A stretch of DNA of 64,000 nt from Candidatus Poribacteria bacterium (GTDB lineage Bacteria; Poribacteria; WGA-4E; WGA-3G): assembly GCA_963663765.2 (NCBI GenBank), contig CAXXUA010000005.1, forward strand, positions 1,440,001 through 1,504,000, read 5' to 3'. Within the stretch, counting starts at the first letter, position 1. Each line of letters begins with the position of its first letter. Below, piece after piece: positions 29,199 to 40,247 of the stretch. The translations under genes were made by a program, and so were the position numbers. The notes beneath the pieces are model-generated. The model was not told the origin of the DNA, ran no database searches, and was given only the letters and a program-made list of their open reading frames with translations.

Positions 29199-31464
29199 AA
29201 CGAGCATTTTTTATTTCTGTTTATTTTTTCATTTTTTTCAGTTATGTGTCGGCAGACGCACAGAATGCAACTATCACATTAGAATCGGATTCGACGTGGA
29301 TACCGGAATATGGCAACGTTTGTAAAATCAAGGTTAGGATAAACGGCAATACCCCGAATACACATATCACTTTCCAGTTAGAATCATCAAGCTGGCCCGG
29401 CACCAGTATGAACTCTGGTGACAAAACGAACATTTCTGATGACCTCAAATTTCTTCATGCGGAGAACACCGTCACGCAAGGCGAAAAAACCGGACCCAAT
29501 GATGGTGAAGACAATCCTATGTTGGTGGTTACGCCTCTGGGCAGTCCGATCCGAATGATAATTTGAAACGGATACAAGGTCCCGCTCGTACAAATTATGT
29601 ATACATTTATAGCAAACATATTAAAGATTGGCTTGACCAAAGGAATCGATCCAATCAGTATAACGAAGCTGTTAGATTGAGTATCGGACATGAAGTTGCA
29701 CACTGCCTCTCACTTCCGCACGTTATCAGTAGTTCATCCGTAACAAATGAAGTGAGGTTCAGATATAATGAGGGTGGCAGTGGTGGCGGCACCCTTGTCA
29801 TAAAAACCCACGCGTCTGGTGGCGAAAAAAGTCTGATGCGGAGTAACATTTTACATCAACTCGGCTCGAATCCAGGTTTTCCTGCGTTTCACCATTATCA
29901 GTATATGATGATACCGAGCAATCTTGAACCAAATGATATACGTCCGCGTGCTTCCAGCATATTACCTGATTTCAATATAATTTTTGATGAGAGCAATACT
30001 CCTGGTTATCAAAATCAATAAGGGAGCAAACCACAAAGCACTAATCCAAGCAATGGAGGCACAGACACCGTACCGTCAGACCAACCGTATGGTTTGTCTT
30101 ATTCAATTGTAGATGGTCAATTCCGTCTTTTATGGTCCGATGGTGGCGGTACGGTTACCAGTTTCGAATATCAGTATCGTGAAAATGGTGGAAGTTGGAG
30201 TTCGTGGTTATCCGCGGGGTCAAGCACATTTATTGATCTACTGAATTTAGTAAACGGAACGACTTATCAGTTTCAGGTACATGCAATGAATGGTACACTT
30301 GTAATTGCTATATCTGATACTTTTGAAGTGAGAGTGCCGACAGTGCCAGATGCACCGACAATTACGCGGGTTGACTCAGGTGATGGTCAGGTAAATATAA
30401 ACTGGACAGCTCCAAGTAATAATGGTGGTTCTGACATTACTGATTACGAATACCAATATCGTGAGAGCAATGGTGGCAACTGGGAAACTTGGACTTCGTT
30501 TGGAGGCAGTTTCACCCACACAAGTGAAGATATTGCGGGGTTAACGAATGGTACGGCGTATGAGTTCCAGGTGCGTGCTGTGAATGCTATTGGAGAAGGT
30601 GCAGAATCAAATACTTTCTCAGCAACACCTGTACAACCGATCATAATATCACCACCGCCGCAACCTTTTTGGAGTGATATTCCGGATCCGTATACGCTCA
30701 CCGTTGGTGATAGTTTCAGTTTAGATTTGAATAGTTATGTGACAGGTAGACCGACGATAACCAGAAATGGAGGTAAGCAACCTGCTGGATTATCCTTTAG
30801 TAATGGTGTATTGAGTGGGACGGTGTCAAGTGTTGAGAGTAGAGGTATACGTTTCCTTGCAACCAATCTTGGGGGTTCCGAAAATAGCGAATGGATTGAA
30901 ATTTCTGTTTCAGCTGATCCACCACCTCCGGCCCCTGTTTGGAGTGATATACCGGATCCGTATACGCTCACCGTTGGTGATAGTTTTAGCTTAGACTTGA
31001 ATAGTTATGTGACAGGTAGTCCGACAATAACCAGAAATGGAGGTAAGCAACCTGCTGGATTATCCTTTAGCAATGGTGTATTGAGTGGGACGGTGTCAAG
31101 TGTTGAGAGTAGAGGTATACGTATCCTTGCTACCAATCTTGGGGGTTCCGAAAATAGCGAATGGATCGAGTTTAACATAGTAGCAGTTCCGTTGACAATG
31201 ATAGTCCCTATATGGAGTGATATACCGGATCCGTATACGCTCACCGTTGGTGATAGTTTTAGTTTGGATTTAAATAGTTATGTGACAGGAATTCCAATAA
31301 TAACCAAAACAGGTGGTCTTATACCTGCAGGATTGTCCTTTAGTAATGGCATTTTGAGTGGCACAGTGACAACGGCTGAGACTCGTGGTATACGATTTAC
31401 AGCAACCAATGCTGCAGGTGTCACTCTAAGTGAATGGGTAAATTTCACCATTCAGTCCGATTAA
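29195..31464 (+). pseudogene. Secreted metalloprotease-FN3-Ig-repeat surface protein broken into three ORFs
   Basis: Signal peptide (29195); GHEVAHCLSLPH (29563 ORF); TAA at 30019-21 reads through in frame to 30094; two FN3 and three WSDIPDPYTLTVGDSFSLDL..PAGLSFSNG (He_PIG-like Ig) repeats. Confidence 0.75.
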
Positions 31465-31635
31465 CGATTTGACATTCTTATTGTGGTTTCACTATGGCGG
31501 CACAATCACCCTTTAGTTTGGATTTGAATGATTATTTGGTAAATGATACAATACCAAGAATACCTTATAGAATTGATATAAACATCCCTGTTTTGATGTT
31601 AGCGTATTTAGTCTAATCGTGAGGTTAATGTTATA

Positions 31636-31932
31636 ATGTACTTAGCAAAAGTAATTGGCAAAGTTGTTTCTGTAATAAAGCATCCTGCGTATCAAAATCG
31701 AACTTTACTGTATGTGCAACCGTTGAGTCTCAGATCAGAATTGGTTCGCACCCCTACAATTGCCGTTGATTATGTTGGGGCAGGTGAGGGGGATACGGTG
31801 ATAGTGGGGGCTGGCCCGGGTGTTGCACAAGAGGTATTTGGGATAGAATACGCACCGATCCGTGAACTTGTCATGGGGATTGTTGACCATTTTGACGTGG
31901 CGTTTTTGGAGGAAACAAAATGGGAAGAATAA
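31636..31932 (+). CDS. EutN/CcmL bacterial microcompartment vertex protein
   Basis: MYLAKVIGKVVSVIKH..AVDYVGAGEGDTVIV..P..MGIVD. Confidence 0.92.
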   Translation: MYLAKVIGKVVSVIKHPAYQNRTLLYVQPLSLRSELVRTPTIAVDYVGAGEGDTVIVGAGPGVAQEVFGIEYAPIRELVMGIVDHFDVAFLEETKWEE

Positions 31933-32525
31933 ATAAGAAAAACCTTTACTTTAGTATATGTTTATTTATTTTCTGTTTGAATCTTAGTGCTTGCCGTCTT
32001 GCGGAGGTCTTATCAACACAGTACAGTGAAAACATCGCACAAGCGAGTTTTGGTACTGAAGCGAATCATCCCGGGCTGAACGATGGAAACCCACAAACTG
32101 TCGCTACACTCCCCGCACAAAATGAACGTAACTTTATCATCCGTTTTGCAGAAATACAACCTGTTCGTAAAATTATCATTCATAATGGTAACTTATTCCG
32201 TTTTCAGATGGACTATCTAAATCCTGACAGTGGAGAGTGGGAGACATTTGAGTCAGTCACACAAAGGCGCGACCTTGAAGGCAAACGCGCACAGGAAAAG
32301 TTTGAATTTGACAGATTGAACTTTCGGACACAGATGATTAGGATTGCAGTAAGTCGAACTGCAGACGACATTATTATCAACAAAGTTGTTACCGAACCGG
32401 GAGACAAAATCGTGAATCGTCGTACGACAATGGCGGGTCAGTACTTTCCACATTATAGGGTGGTGCGTCCTTCAACTGCTCAAATCCGAGAGGTTGAGAT
32501 ATATCATCTGGTTGATAAAAAGTGA
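31920..32525 (+). CDS. Lipoprotein with galactose-binding/discoidin-like fold
   Basis: Lipobox LSAC; ENIA..LNDGN..IREVEIY pattern. Confidence 0.55.
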   Translation: MGRINKKNLYFSICLFIFCLNLSACRLAEVLSTQYSENIAQASFGTEANHPGLNDGNPQTVATLPAQNERNFIIRFAEIQPVRKIIIHNGNLFRFQMDYLNPDSGEWETFESVTQRRDLEGKRAQEKFEFDRLNFRTQMIRIAVSRTADDIIINKVVTEPGDKIVNRRTTMAGQYFPHYRVVRPSTAQIREVEIYHLVDKK

Positions 32526-32529
32526 ATTA

Positions 32530-32815
32530 TTGAAGATTATTGAATTAATTACACACTTAACAAGCAGGAGCGAACTTCCGGTCATGACCAGGAGGTCGCT
32601 CCTACCGAATACAATAGGAAAAATAAATAACACAAATCCAACGTCGCAAACTGAAGAAATGTATAATTCACAGGACCTACGCAGTTTTCATGACTTAAAC
32701 AAATATTATGATGAAAATAGCGTAATTTTCAGGATTTTTTTGGTTTCCAGCGCGCTTACAAAGCACGCATACCGTTTAGTGCGTAAGTCCTGATTCTTTT
32801 CAAATTCAACCATAA
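32530..32815. mobile_element. Degenerate family E element with nested MITE A (32671-32792, reverse orientation)
   Basis: GAATTAATTACACACTT, REP2 and TTTTCAAATTCAACCATA ends; inner CAGGACCTACGCA...TGCGTAAGTCCTG flanked by ATTC. Confidence 0.75.
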
Positions 32816-32852
32816 TTCTACATTCATAATTATCCAAATTTAATATACAACA

Positions 32853-35800
32853 ATGAAAAACATTACTTTTCTCACAGTCATTTTGCTGCTTATTCAGATA
32901 GTGTCATTTTCTTCAGATGTACAAACGGTCGCTGCCCCAGATATTCAGGAGGATAGATTTCTTACTACTGGAATAACACACCTCAGTCAAGATATTGAGT
33001 TGGTGCATGTTACACAGAACGGAGTCAAGATTCAACTCAGTATTCCAAAGACAGATTTTAGAATAGGTACACAGGAACGCGACGGCAAACTGTATCAAAC
33101 GTTGTCATTCCCAGGCAGTCGTTATACAACAGAACTTGGCATGCCACGTCTGCCATTTCAAGCAACACTTATAGGGGTCCCAGATGATGCCAGTTTTACA
33201 GTGCAAGTTGTTGATAGTAGCGACTTTAGTACACATAAATTACAACACAAGATTGCTGATAATTACGTTGATTTTGGACGTGAGAATTCTGATGTGTCGA
33301 TTTTGAAATCAAATGCTGCTGTAGATACGATTTATACAACGAATCGCTTTTTTCCAAACAATCTTGCCAAAATTGGAACTGCTGGATGGATTAGGGAGAA
33401 CAGAGTTCTTCCAATTCAACTACATCCTGTTCAGTATAATCCTATCACTGGGGTTGTCAAACTCTATCATCGTCTGGTAGTAGAGGTGCAATTCAAGCGA
33501 TCTACGAATACACCGTCAGTACTTCAAGGGTCACCAAGACCAGAGTCTGCGGTGTATGAGAACATGCTTGGAAATCTATTGGTAAATCCTAAAAGTGCAA
33601 AACAGTGGCGTACACCAGTTTCTGTGTCACTTCAAGGACGTCATTCTACTCCAAATGCATCACTTACTGAACCGAATCCTAATCTTTCACTGGCAAGTGC
33701 TCCAACACTTACTACTCCGCAATATAAAGTAATTGTCAGAGAATCGGGTATATACCGAATTACTGGTAGCGATTTGGTAGCAGCAGGTATTGATATTTCA
33801 ACGATTAGACCTGCCACTATTACGATATCTAACAAGGGTAACCAAGTGCCGATTTATGTTCGCAACGTTGGCAACGGAAGGTCAGAAACTGGCACATCAG
33901 GTTTTTCCACAGAAGCTGAAGTCATCTTCTATGCGCAACGTCTTAGTGGTGAAAAAACATACATCCACCCGTATTCTGATGACAATATCTATTGGCTTTC
34001 GTGGAATGTGGGACCGGGACTGCGTATGGAAACAAAAGCACTATCCACGGAAATCCCTAAAGTTCCCTTAGATGCATCGGGGTTTCCCAAATATACATCG
34101 CCACTCCATGAACCCAAAAACTTCTACACACGTGTCCATGTTGAAAAGGATAATCAGTTTCGTAGGTTCAAAAACTTTGGACTGGACCTTGGAAACAACT
34201 ACCGAGAAGTTAGTAGTGGCCTTCAAGTGCGCGGTTTTACCCTCACATCGTTACCCGATTTGCCAGATGACAGTTGGTTTTGGACACAAATCAGTGCACC
34301 AGAAACAAGGAATTTTAATTTTCCATTAGACGGAGTTGCTGGTACTGGTCAAAAGGCAACTGTGCGGGTGGTATTGCACGGTAGGTCAGAAGATTCGCAC
34401 TTCGTAGAACTTTGGTTGAATCATGATATTGTGGTTGGAACACCTCGGTGGGACGGTGAAACGGAGCTTGTTTCTGAAAATCTGCAGGTTGCACAATCTT
34501 ATCTAAAAAATGGTAGAAATACGATTACCTTGGTGATGCCTTCTGCGGGACAAGCATTAGATCTCGTCATGTTGAACTGGATTGAAATTGATTATTGGCG
34601 CACGTATGAAGCACACGACAATGTGCTACCTTTTTCTATAACACCACTACCAGATGACGAAACCAGGCATGTAAATCCTAATTTTAAAGTGGAGTTGCTG
34701 AACTTTACCGATCCCAACATCAATATATATAGTGTTGATGGGACACGTTACGTCGGTTTAGCACCAATGGAAAATGAAGACAATCCGGGTGTGTATTCAG
34801 TAGCGTTTCAATCTTCGCGTATCGGTAGTGTACCACAATACAATTCAGATGGAACGCTCAAACACAACACGGATACCCAATATATTGCACTCACTAACAA
34901 CCAATACCTAACACCTGTAGAAATCATAAAAGACACACCATCCGATTTACGTGGACTGCACAACGGTGCAGATTATATCATTATCACTGATACAGAATTT
35001 GTGCGCGATGTACAACCGCTTGCGAACTTCCGCAGACAACAAGGGCTGCGGTCAAAAGTTGTAACAGTGGAAGATATATATGATGAATTCAGTCACGGCA
35101 TAAATAATCCGTATGCCTTGCGAGATTTCCTCAAGTACGCTTATGAAAATTGGCAGTCTCCAGCACCTACTTATGTGCTCTTGATGGGTGATGCAAACCC
35201 AAAAGAGAGAACCAGTTTTGTACCTACGATTCAAGTACAAGTGCCTGGATACGGTTCATCTGCAAGCGATCACCAGTACGTTACCTTGAAAGGAAACGAT
35301 AGTTTTCCAGAAATGCTGATCGGTAGAGTGCCCGCGAATAATAGTGTTGACGCGCGAATATTTGTAGAACGCGCCATCAACTATGAGACAACAAACGAAA
35401 TAGGTCCCTGGCACAAACGCATCTTAATGCTTGCAGGTTCAACCAATGACTTTCACTTCCAAACAGACACGCTTACGGAAGAATACAGTCTCAATGAAAT
35501 GTATGAAAATATACCTATCTATGCCCCTGCAACTGCTGAAGAAGAAATTAACTTAGGGGAAGGAACAACACCTGTTGGTCGAAAGGTTATAGATGGTTTC
35601 AATGATGGGGCGATTCTTGTCAACTATGTTGGACATGGTGCTGGTGGTGTATTAGCTTCAAGTCGTATGATGGGGTTGCAGGATCCACACCAGAACTTAA
35701 CGAATATTTCGCAGCTGCCTTTTATGCTAAGCATGACCTGTTTTACTGGTGAATTTGATAGTCCGTCGGGATGTCTCGCTGAAGAGTTACTGCGCTCAGA

Positions 35801-38144
35801 AAGTGGGGGTGCCATCGCTGTTGTCGGTGGGACAAGTATAGGACTCTTACTGCAAGATCACATACTGAATAAAAAGATTTTTAATGTTATTTTCAAAGAG
35901 AAAACACAGCACGTAGGTGCTATTCTTGCTAAGGCAAAAACACAATTCTTGATTGACTTACCAGGATACCCCGATATTGCAGAAGTATTTACGCTTTTCG
36001 GTGATCCTGCAACGCAGTTGAGATTGCCACACAAACAGTACCATTTGAACATAGATACGGAAAAGGTCCTACATAGAGACGTTTTTCAATCTGGTACGTT
36101 ACTGTCAATTTCTGGTACATTTCCTAACCCCGATTTTAATGGCGAAGCAGAAATAACAGTGCTTCCGAAACCGATAGACAGAAGGGGTAAGAAGAGACGC
36201 TCAGAATACCGTTCTTCTGATACCGCCCCTATCCGTGATATGGACACAACACCTCGTAAGGAAACTGTCTCAGTAGTTGATGGAAAGTTCAACGCTCAAA
36301 TTGAAGTGCCTTATAACAGTGCTTTTGAAAGTTGGAATATACGGTCTTATGCTTGGAATGGAGAAGAGGATGCAATTGGTTATTCTGCGTACAATCCCTT
36401 ATCTCAATATATAGAAAATGTAAGGCATGAACCTGCCTTCGTTCCACCTGAACAACCTGTCCATGTATATGCGGATATCATCAATCAAAGTGCAATAGAA
36501 GAAATCACTCTCTATTGGAGTACACAGCTGCTTGAAGATCGTTACACAGAAGCCACAGAAATTCCATTGGTGTCTCATGAGGGAAAAACCTATAGAACGG
36601 AGCAACCTATCCCTGCCCATGAACTTGGTGATTTGATAGACTATTACATATTGGTGAGGCCAAAGACTGGACGTGTACATCAAACAGAGGTTGTCACCTA
36701 TAGCATTGGAAGAGCTGATCTTGCAATTACAGGAAGCACACTCAGTTGGGACACTAACCCACCTTACCAACTTTCAGTACAAGTCAGAAACACAGGTACG
36801 CTTGATGTCAAAAACGTTCCTGTCAGCTTTTATTATATTTCAATAGCAGAAGATTCGGAAATTCCTGAGGTGACAATAGAGTCCCTTCAAAACACTACGC
36901 CTATCGGAGAAAATCAGGTAATACCACAAATTGCACCGGAAGGATTTGCTGTGGTAAGTGTGCCGTGGCAACCTGATCCTGGAAGATACCTTGTTGCAGT
37001 CGTTGTGGATATGCCGACTGCACAACATCCGAATGGAATAATATCTGAAGAAAGAGAGTATAATAACATCGTGTCAAGGGAATTTGTAAATAACAGAATT
37101 TTCCTTGATGCTGAAGACGCAAACAAACCGATCCAGAGTGTTGATGGATTATTCAATATTACAATTCCACGCGGGAACCTTCAAACACAAACAGTATTGA
37201 CTATTGAGACAGAAGAATTAACACTAATAAATCAGCCGGATATCGCGTACGCTACGACAGAAAACGGTCTGACTCCACCGGTTGCATATAGTTTAAACTT
37301 TGCTGAACAACTTGTTGACCAGCTTGTTGTAATGACAGGAACAGCATCGTTTAAGAGAACTGTACTGGGAGACCTACATATTTATATGCTTGATGACGAA
37401 ACAAAGAACTGGATCAGGATAGGAAACCAAGAAGACGATGGTGAAAACATCTCAGCAATGGTAAAATTACCGGGAACTTATGCCTTGCTTACACACACAG
37501 ATTTTCAACCACCATCTATAACAGTAACCGTTGAAAATCAAGGTTTCATTGACGGTGATTACATTTCTGATACACCGTCAATTTCTGCCAGAATAGAGGA
37601 CGCAAATGGGATTGATCCTCGTGCAGAGAATATCATTCTCACAAGGAACGGTGAACGAATTCCACAAGATGAGTACACAATATCCACATCACCTGTGAAC
37701 AGCAATATTCTTCTCATTACCTATTCACCGACTGATGCCTTGGAAGCAGGTGAGTATCGTATTCGGTTACAAGCACATGATGCAAACGGAAATGAAGGGG
37801 ATGCTGGGTTAACTGCGAATGTCGCTGGTGGTTTTCAGATTAAAAACATCGCTAACTTTCCTAATCCATTCCGTCCTGGAACAGGTTCTGGTAAAGGCAC
37901 AGATTTCGCTTATTATCTTACTGATGGTGCAGATAAAGTGACTCTGAAGATATATACACTTACGGGGAAACTTATCACAACTATTGATACACTTGATGCG
38001 TCAACATCATACAACGAGTATCACTTTGATGGGTTAGATGCTGACGGTGAACCGCTCGCGAACGGTGTCTATATCTACAAATTCACTGCCACCAAAGGCG
38101 ATGATCGCGTACAAAAGGTTGGTAAAATCGTGGTGCTTAAATAA
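32853..38144 (+). CDS. Peptidase C25 (gingipain/PorU-like) with propeptide, CARDB and T9SS-CTD/FlgD-Ig-like C-terminus
   Basis: Signal peptide; GMPRLP propeptide; ADYIIIT, VEDIYDEFS, YVLLMGDA, IGRVP, NYVGHG (His), SMTC (Cys), LFGDP; NFPNPF..LANGVYIYK..GKIVVLK. Confidence 0.9.
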   Translation: MKNITFLTVILLLIQIVSFSSDVQTVAAPDIQEDRFLTTGITHLSQDIELVHVTQNGVKIQLSIPKTDFRIGTQERDGKLYQTLSFPGSRYTTELGMPRLPFQATLIGVPDDASFTVQVVDSSDFSTHKLQHKIADNYVDFGRENSDVSILKSNAAVDTIYTTNRFFPNNLAKIGTAGWIRENRVLPIQLHPVQYNPITGVVKLYHRLVVEVQFKRSTNTPSVLQGSPRPESAVYENMLGNLLVNPKSAKQWRTPVSVSLQGRHSTPNASLTEPNPNLSLASAPTLTTPQYKVIVRESGIYRITGSDLVAAGIDISTIRPATITISNKGNQVPIYVRNVGNGRSETGTSGFSTEAEVIFYAQRLSGEKTYIHPYSDDNIYWLSWNVGPGLRMETKALSTEIPKVPLDASGFPKYTSPLHEPKNFYTRVHVEKDNQFRRFKNFGLDLGNNYREVSSGLQVRGFTLTSLPDLPDDSWFWTQISAPETRNFNFPLDGVAGTGQKATVRVVLHGRSEDSHFVELWLNHDIVVGTPRWDGETELVSENLQVAQSYLKNGRNTITLVMPSAGQALDLVMLNWIEIDYWRTYEAHDNVLPFSITPLPDDETRHVNPNFKVELLNFTDPNINIYSVDGTRYVGLAPMENEDNPGVYSVAFQSSRIGSVPQYNSDGTLKHNTDTQYIALTNNQYLTPVEIIKDTPSDLRGLHNGADYIIITDTEFVRDVQPLANFRRQQGLRSKVVTVEDIYDEFSHGINNPYALRDFLKYAYENWQSPAPTYVLLMGDANPKERTSFVPTIQVQVPGYGSSASDHQYVTLKGNDSFPEMLIGRVPANNSVDARIFVERAINYETTNEIGPWHKRILMLAGSTNDFHFQTDTLTEEYSLNEMYENIPIYAPATAEEEINLGEGTTPVGRKVIDGFNDGAILVNYVGHGAGGVLASSRMMGLQDPHQNLTNISQLPFMLSMTCFTGEFDSPSGCLAEELLRSESGGAIAVVGGTSIGLLLQDHILNKKIFNVIFKEKTQHVGAILAKAKTQFLIDLPGYPDIAEVFTLFGDPATQLRLPHKQYHLNIDTEKVLHRDVFQSGTLLSISGTFPNPDFNGEAEITVLPKPIDRRGKKRRSEYRSSDTAPIRDMDTTPRKETVSVVDGKFNAQIEVPYNSAFESWNIRSYAWNGEEDAIGYSAYNPLSQYIENVRHEPAFVPPEQPVHVYADIINQSAIEEITLYWSTQLLEDRYTEATEIPLVSHEGKTYRTEQPIPAHELGDLIDYYILVRPKTGRVHQTEVVTYSIGRADLAITGSTLSWDTNPPYQLSVQVRNTGTLDVKNVPVSFYYISIAEDSEIPEVTIESLQNTTPIGENQVIPQIAPEGFAVVSVPWQPDPGRYLVAVVVDMPTAQHPNGIISEEREYNNIVSREFVNNRIFLDAEDANKPIQSVDGLFNITIPRGNLQTQTVLTIETEELTLINQPDIAYATTENGLTPPVAYSLNFAEQLVDQLVVMTGTASFKRTVLGDLHIYMLDDETKNWIRIGNQEDDGENISAMVKLPGTYALLTHTDFQPPSITVTVENQGFIDGDYISDTPSISARIEDANGIDPRAENIILTRNGERIPQDEYTISTSPVNSNILLITYSPTDALEAGEYRIRLQAHDANGNEGDAGLTANVAGGFQIKNIANFPNPFRPGTGSGKGTDFAYYLTDGADKVTLKIYTLTGKLITTIDTLDASTSYNEYHFDGLDADGEPLANGVYIYKFTATKGDDRVQKVGKIVVLK

Positions 38145-38165
38145 AACAAGCAGAATCCATTACTA

Positions 38166-39146
38166 TTAAACCTCACGGTTATACACCAAAATATCGTACT
38201 TTTTGTCTCTATACGAAAAATGATTTTTAAACCTTCCCTCACAGACAAATCCTGCTGCTTCTAAGATTTCTGCCTTCTTCTTAGCAGTACTATCAATATA
38301 ACATTGAACTTTCAACTCAGGAAAGTTCACAGCAGAAAGTAGATTAGGAACAGATTCAACAAAGTTCGGATGAAAAAACAGGTCAAGAAGTGCAATGCTC
38401 TGACGCCAACGGTTATCTCTATGAACCGTTGCCCAACCGACTATTGTGTCGTTCTTTGAGACTAACAGTTTTGCGTCGTCGTAAATTTCATCGGTTTCCA
38501 ACACGTTTTTGAAGGTCAGAAAAGGTCCTTCAAGATTGGAAGGTCCATATAGGTTCCATATAAGACTACGAAGTATATCGCCTTGTACCAACCCAGACAG
38601 TGCAGTCAACTTAGGCCAGTCGTGCCATTCAACAGATTTCGGTTCTGCTGATGTGGTGCCAAAGTATGATTCCTCAAAATCGTCTTTCACATGATACTGC
38701 ATAAAACCCAACTTTGGAATGACGCTTTCAAATCCAAAACTTTGATATATATGATATGGATGACTATCGTAACCAGTTCCAAGGTAAAGTGCACGTCCCT
38801 TGCGTTGGTGAAAATGCTCCATTTGATATGCCATAACACCTTTACATGCGCCTTTTCTCCGCTGCTCTGGCAATGTAAAAACATGACCTAATATGCCTAT
38901 CCCTTCATGTTCAACCGTCATTATGTTAGTGATTATCTTTCCATCAACTTTACCCACATAGAAACGGGTTTCTAACGCATCAAGCGATTCCACAACGCAT
39001 CTGTCAATGTGCCATTTGAAGTTCCCCGGTTTGTGCCCAAGAAATTGCTTTATCTCTTCTGCATGCGGTTCATCAGGCGCATTAATCATTCCAACTTCCA
39101 TGTGTTCACCTGATTTTAGGACTGTGTTTCCTAATGTGTCATACAT
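38166..39146 (-). CDS. GNAT-family N-acetyltransferase
   Basis: GHVFTLPEQRRKGAC acetyl-CoA motif; IYQSFGF. Confidence 0.8.
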   Translation of the reverse strand: MYDTLGNTVLKSGEHMEVGMINAPDEPHAEEIKQFLGHKPGNFKWHIDRCVVESLDALETRFYVGKVDGKIITNIMTVEHEGIGILGHVFTLPEQRRKGACKGVMAYQMEHFHQRKGRALYLGTGYDSHPYHIYQSFGFESVIPKLGFMQYHVKDDFEESYFGTTSAEPKSVEWHDWPKLTALSGLVQGDILRSLIWNLYGPSNLEGPFLTFKNVLETDEIYDDAKLLVSKNDTIVGWATVHRDNRWRQSIALLDLFFHPNFVESVPNLLSAVNFPELKVQCYIDSTAKKKAEILEAAGFVCEGRFKNHFSYRDKKYDILVYNREV

Positions 39147-39236
39147 ATCTTCTTTACATCCAATAAATATTAATATTTGACAAAATATTTACATTATCAT
39201 ATACTTAAAACAGTTAGGTGTCAAGAGCGGATATTG

Positions 39237-39356
39237 CAGGTTTATTCAGTTTTCCTAATTATTGGATTTTTGAAATAGAAACCCCGCGGTAGGAGCGACC
39301 TCCCGGTCGCGATTTTCTCAGGAAACGGGTAAAATGGGTAAAACTGAATAACCCTT
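39237..39356. mobile_element. MITE family D
   Basis: TIRs, REP2, 9-bp TSD CGGATATTG. Confidence 0.9.
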
Positions 39357-39417
39357 CGGATATTGACACCATATAAGTATATAGTAACATACTGGTAAGA
39401 ACTGAAACGGAGTTGAT

Positions 39418-39837
39418 ATGGATATAGAACAGACGCTGATTCTGGTGAAACCCGATGGAGTTCAACGGGGTCTTGTTGGAGAGATTATTTCCCGTTATGA
39501 ACGAAAAGGACTAAAGCTGATCGGATTGAAATTATTGTTACTTCCACATGCGAAAGCAGAGGAACTCTATGCTATACATAAGGGACGGCCATACTATGAT
39601 CGACTCATTGAATTCATGACGGAATCCCCTATTGTAGCAATAGCTGTTGAGGGAGAAAATGCAATTCAGTTAGTCCGTTTAATAAACGGCGCAACCGACC
39701 CACTGAAATCTGCACCGGGTAGCATACGCGGAGATTTTTCAAACCACATCACCTATAACCTTGTGCATGCATCAGATTGTTTGGAGAACGCCAAACAGGA
39801 ATTAACGATTCTGTTTTCCCCAGAAGAATTCTGCTAA
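39418..39837 (+). CDS. ndk: Nucleoside diphosphate kinase
   Basis: KPDGVQRGLVGEII, GATDP..PGSIRGDF, NLVHASD. Confidence 0.97.
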   Translation: MDIEQTLILVKPDGVQRGLVGEIISRYERKGLKLIGLKLLLLPHAKAEELYAIHKGRPYYDRLIEFMTESPIVAIAVEGENAIQLVRLINGATDPLKSAPGSIRGDFSNHITYNLVHASDCLENAKQELTILFSPEEFC

Positions 39838-39883
39838 TTTCTTACAATAGTTATTATTTTAACGTTTTTTGTTCATTAAATAA

Positions 39884-40005
39884 CAGGACTTACGCACCCA
39901 ACGGTAGGCGTGCTTTGTAAGCGCGCCGGAACCCTAAAAAATGCTGTAAATTACATCGTTTTCGTCTTAATTCTTGATTGGATCGTGAAAACTGCGTAAG
40001 TCCTG
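39884..40005. mobile_element. MITE family A
   Basis: Near-identical to 1240-1361; 5-bp TSD AATAA. Confidence 0.92.
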
Positions 40006-40247
40006 AATAATTAGTATTCCATGTCGTTGTAATATGTTTAGTTTGATAGAGTAAATATATACAGTGACATCACTATAATAAAGAGGATTTGCTTAAGATT
40101 TTATTTTATTATATTTGCAAGTCATGAATTCTGTATTCTATGACAATATATTTAGGAGGTTTATTATGATTATTATTAATTTACTAAGAAGACAACATCA
40201 AGATAAACAGTTTGGACGATTCACTTTTATAATGATGTTTCTTATTC

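Noticed and set aside
27437-30590. Diversity-generating retroelement TR/VR pair
   Set aside because: Differences between the duplicated FN3 blocks are not adenine-specific, and no intact RT is present.
31636-31932. Complete microcompartment locus
   Set aside because: Only a vertex gene; no BMC hexamer or signature enzyme adjacent.
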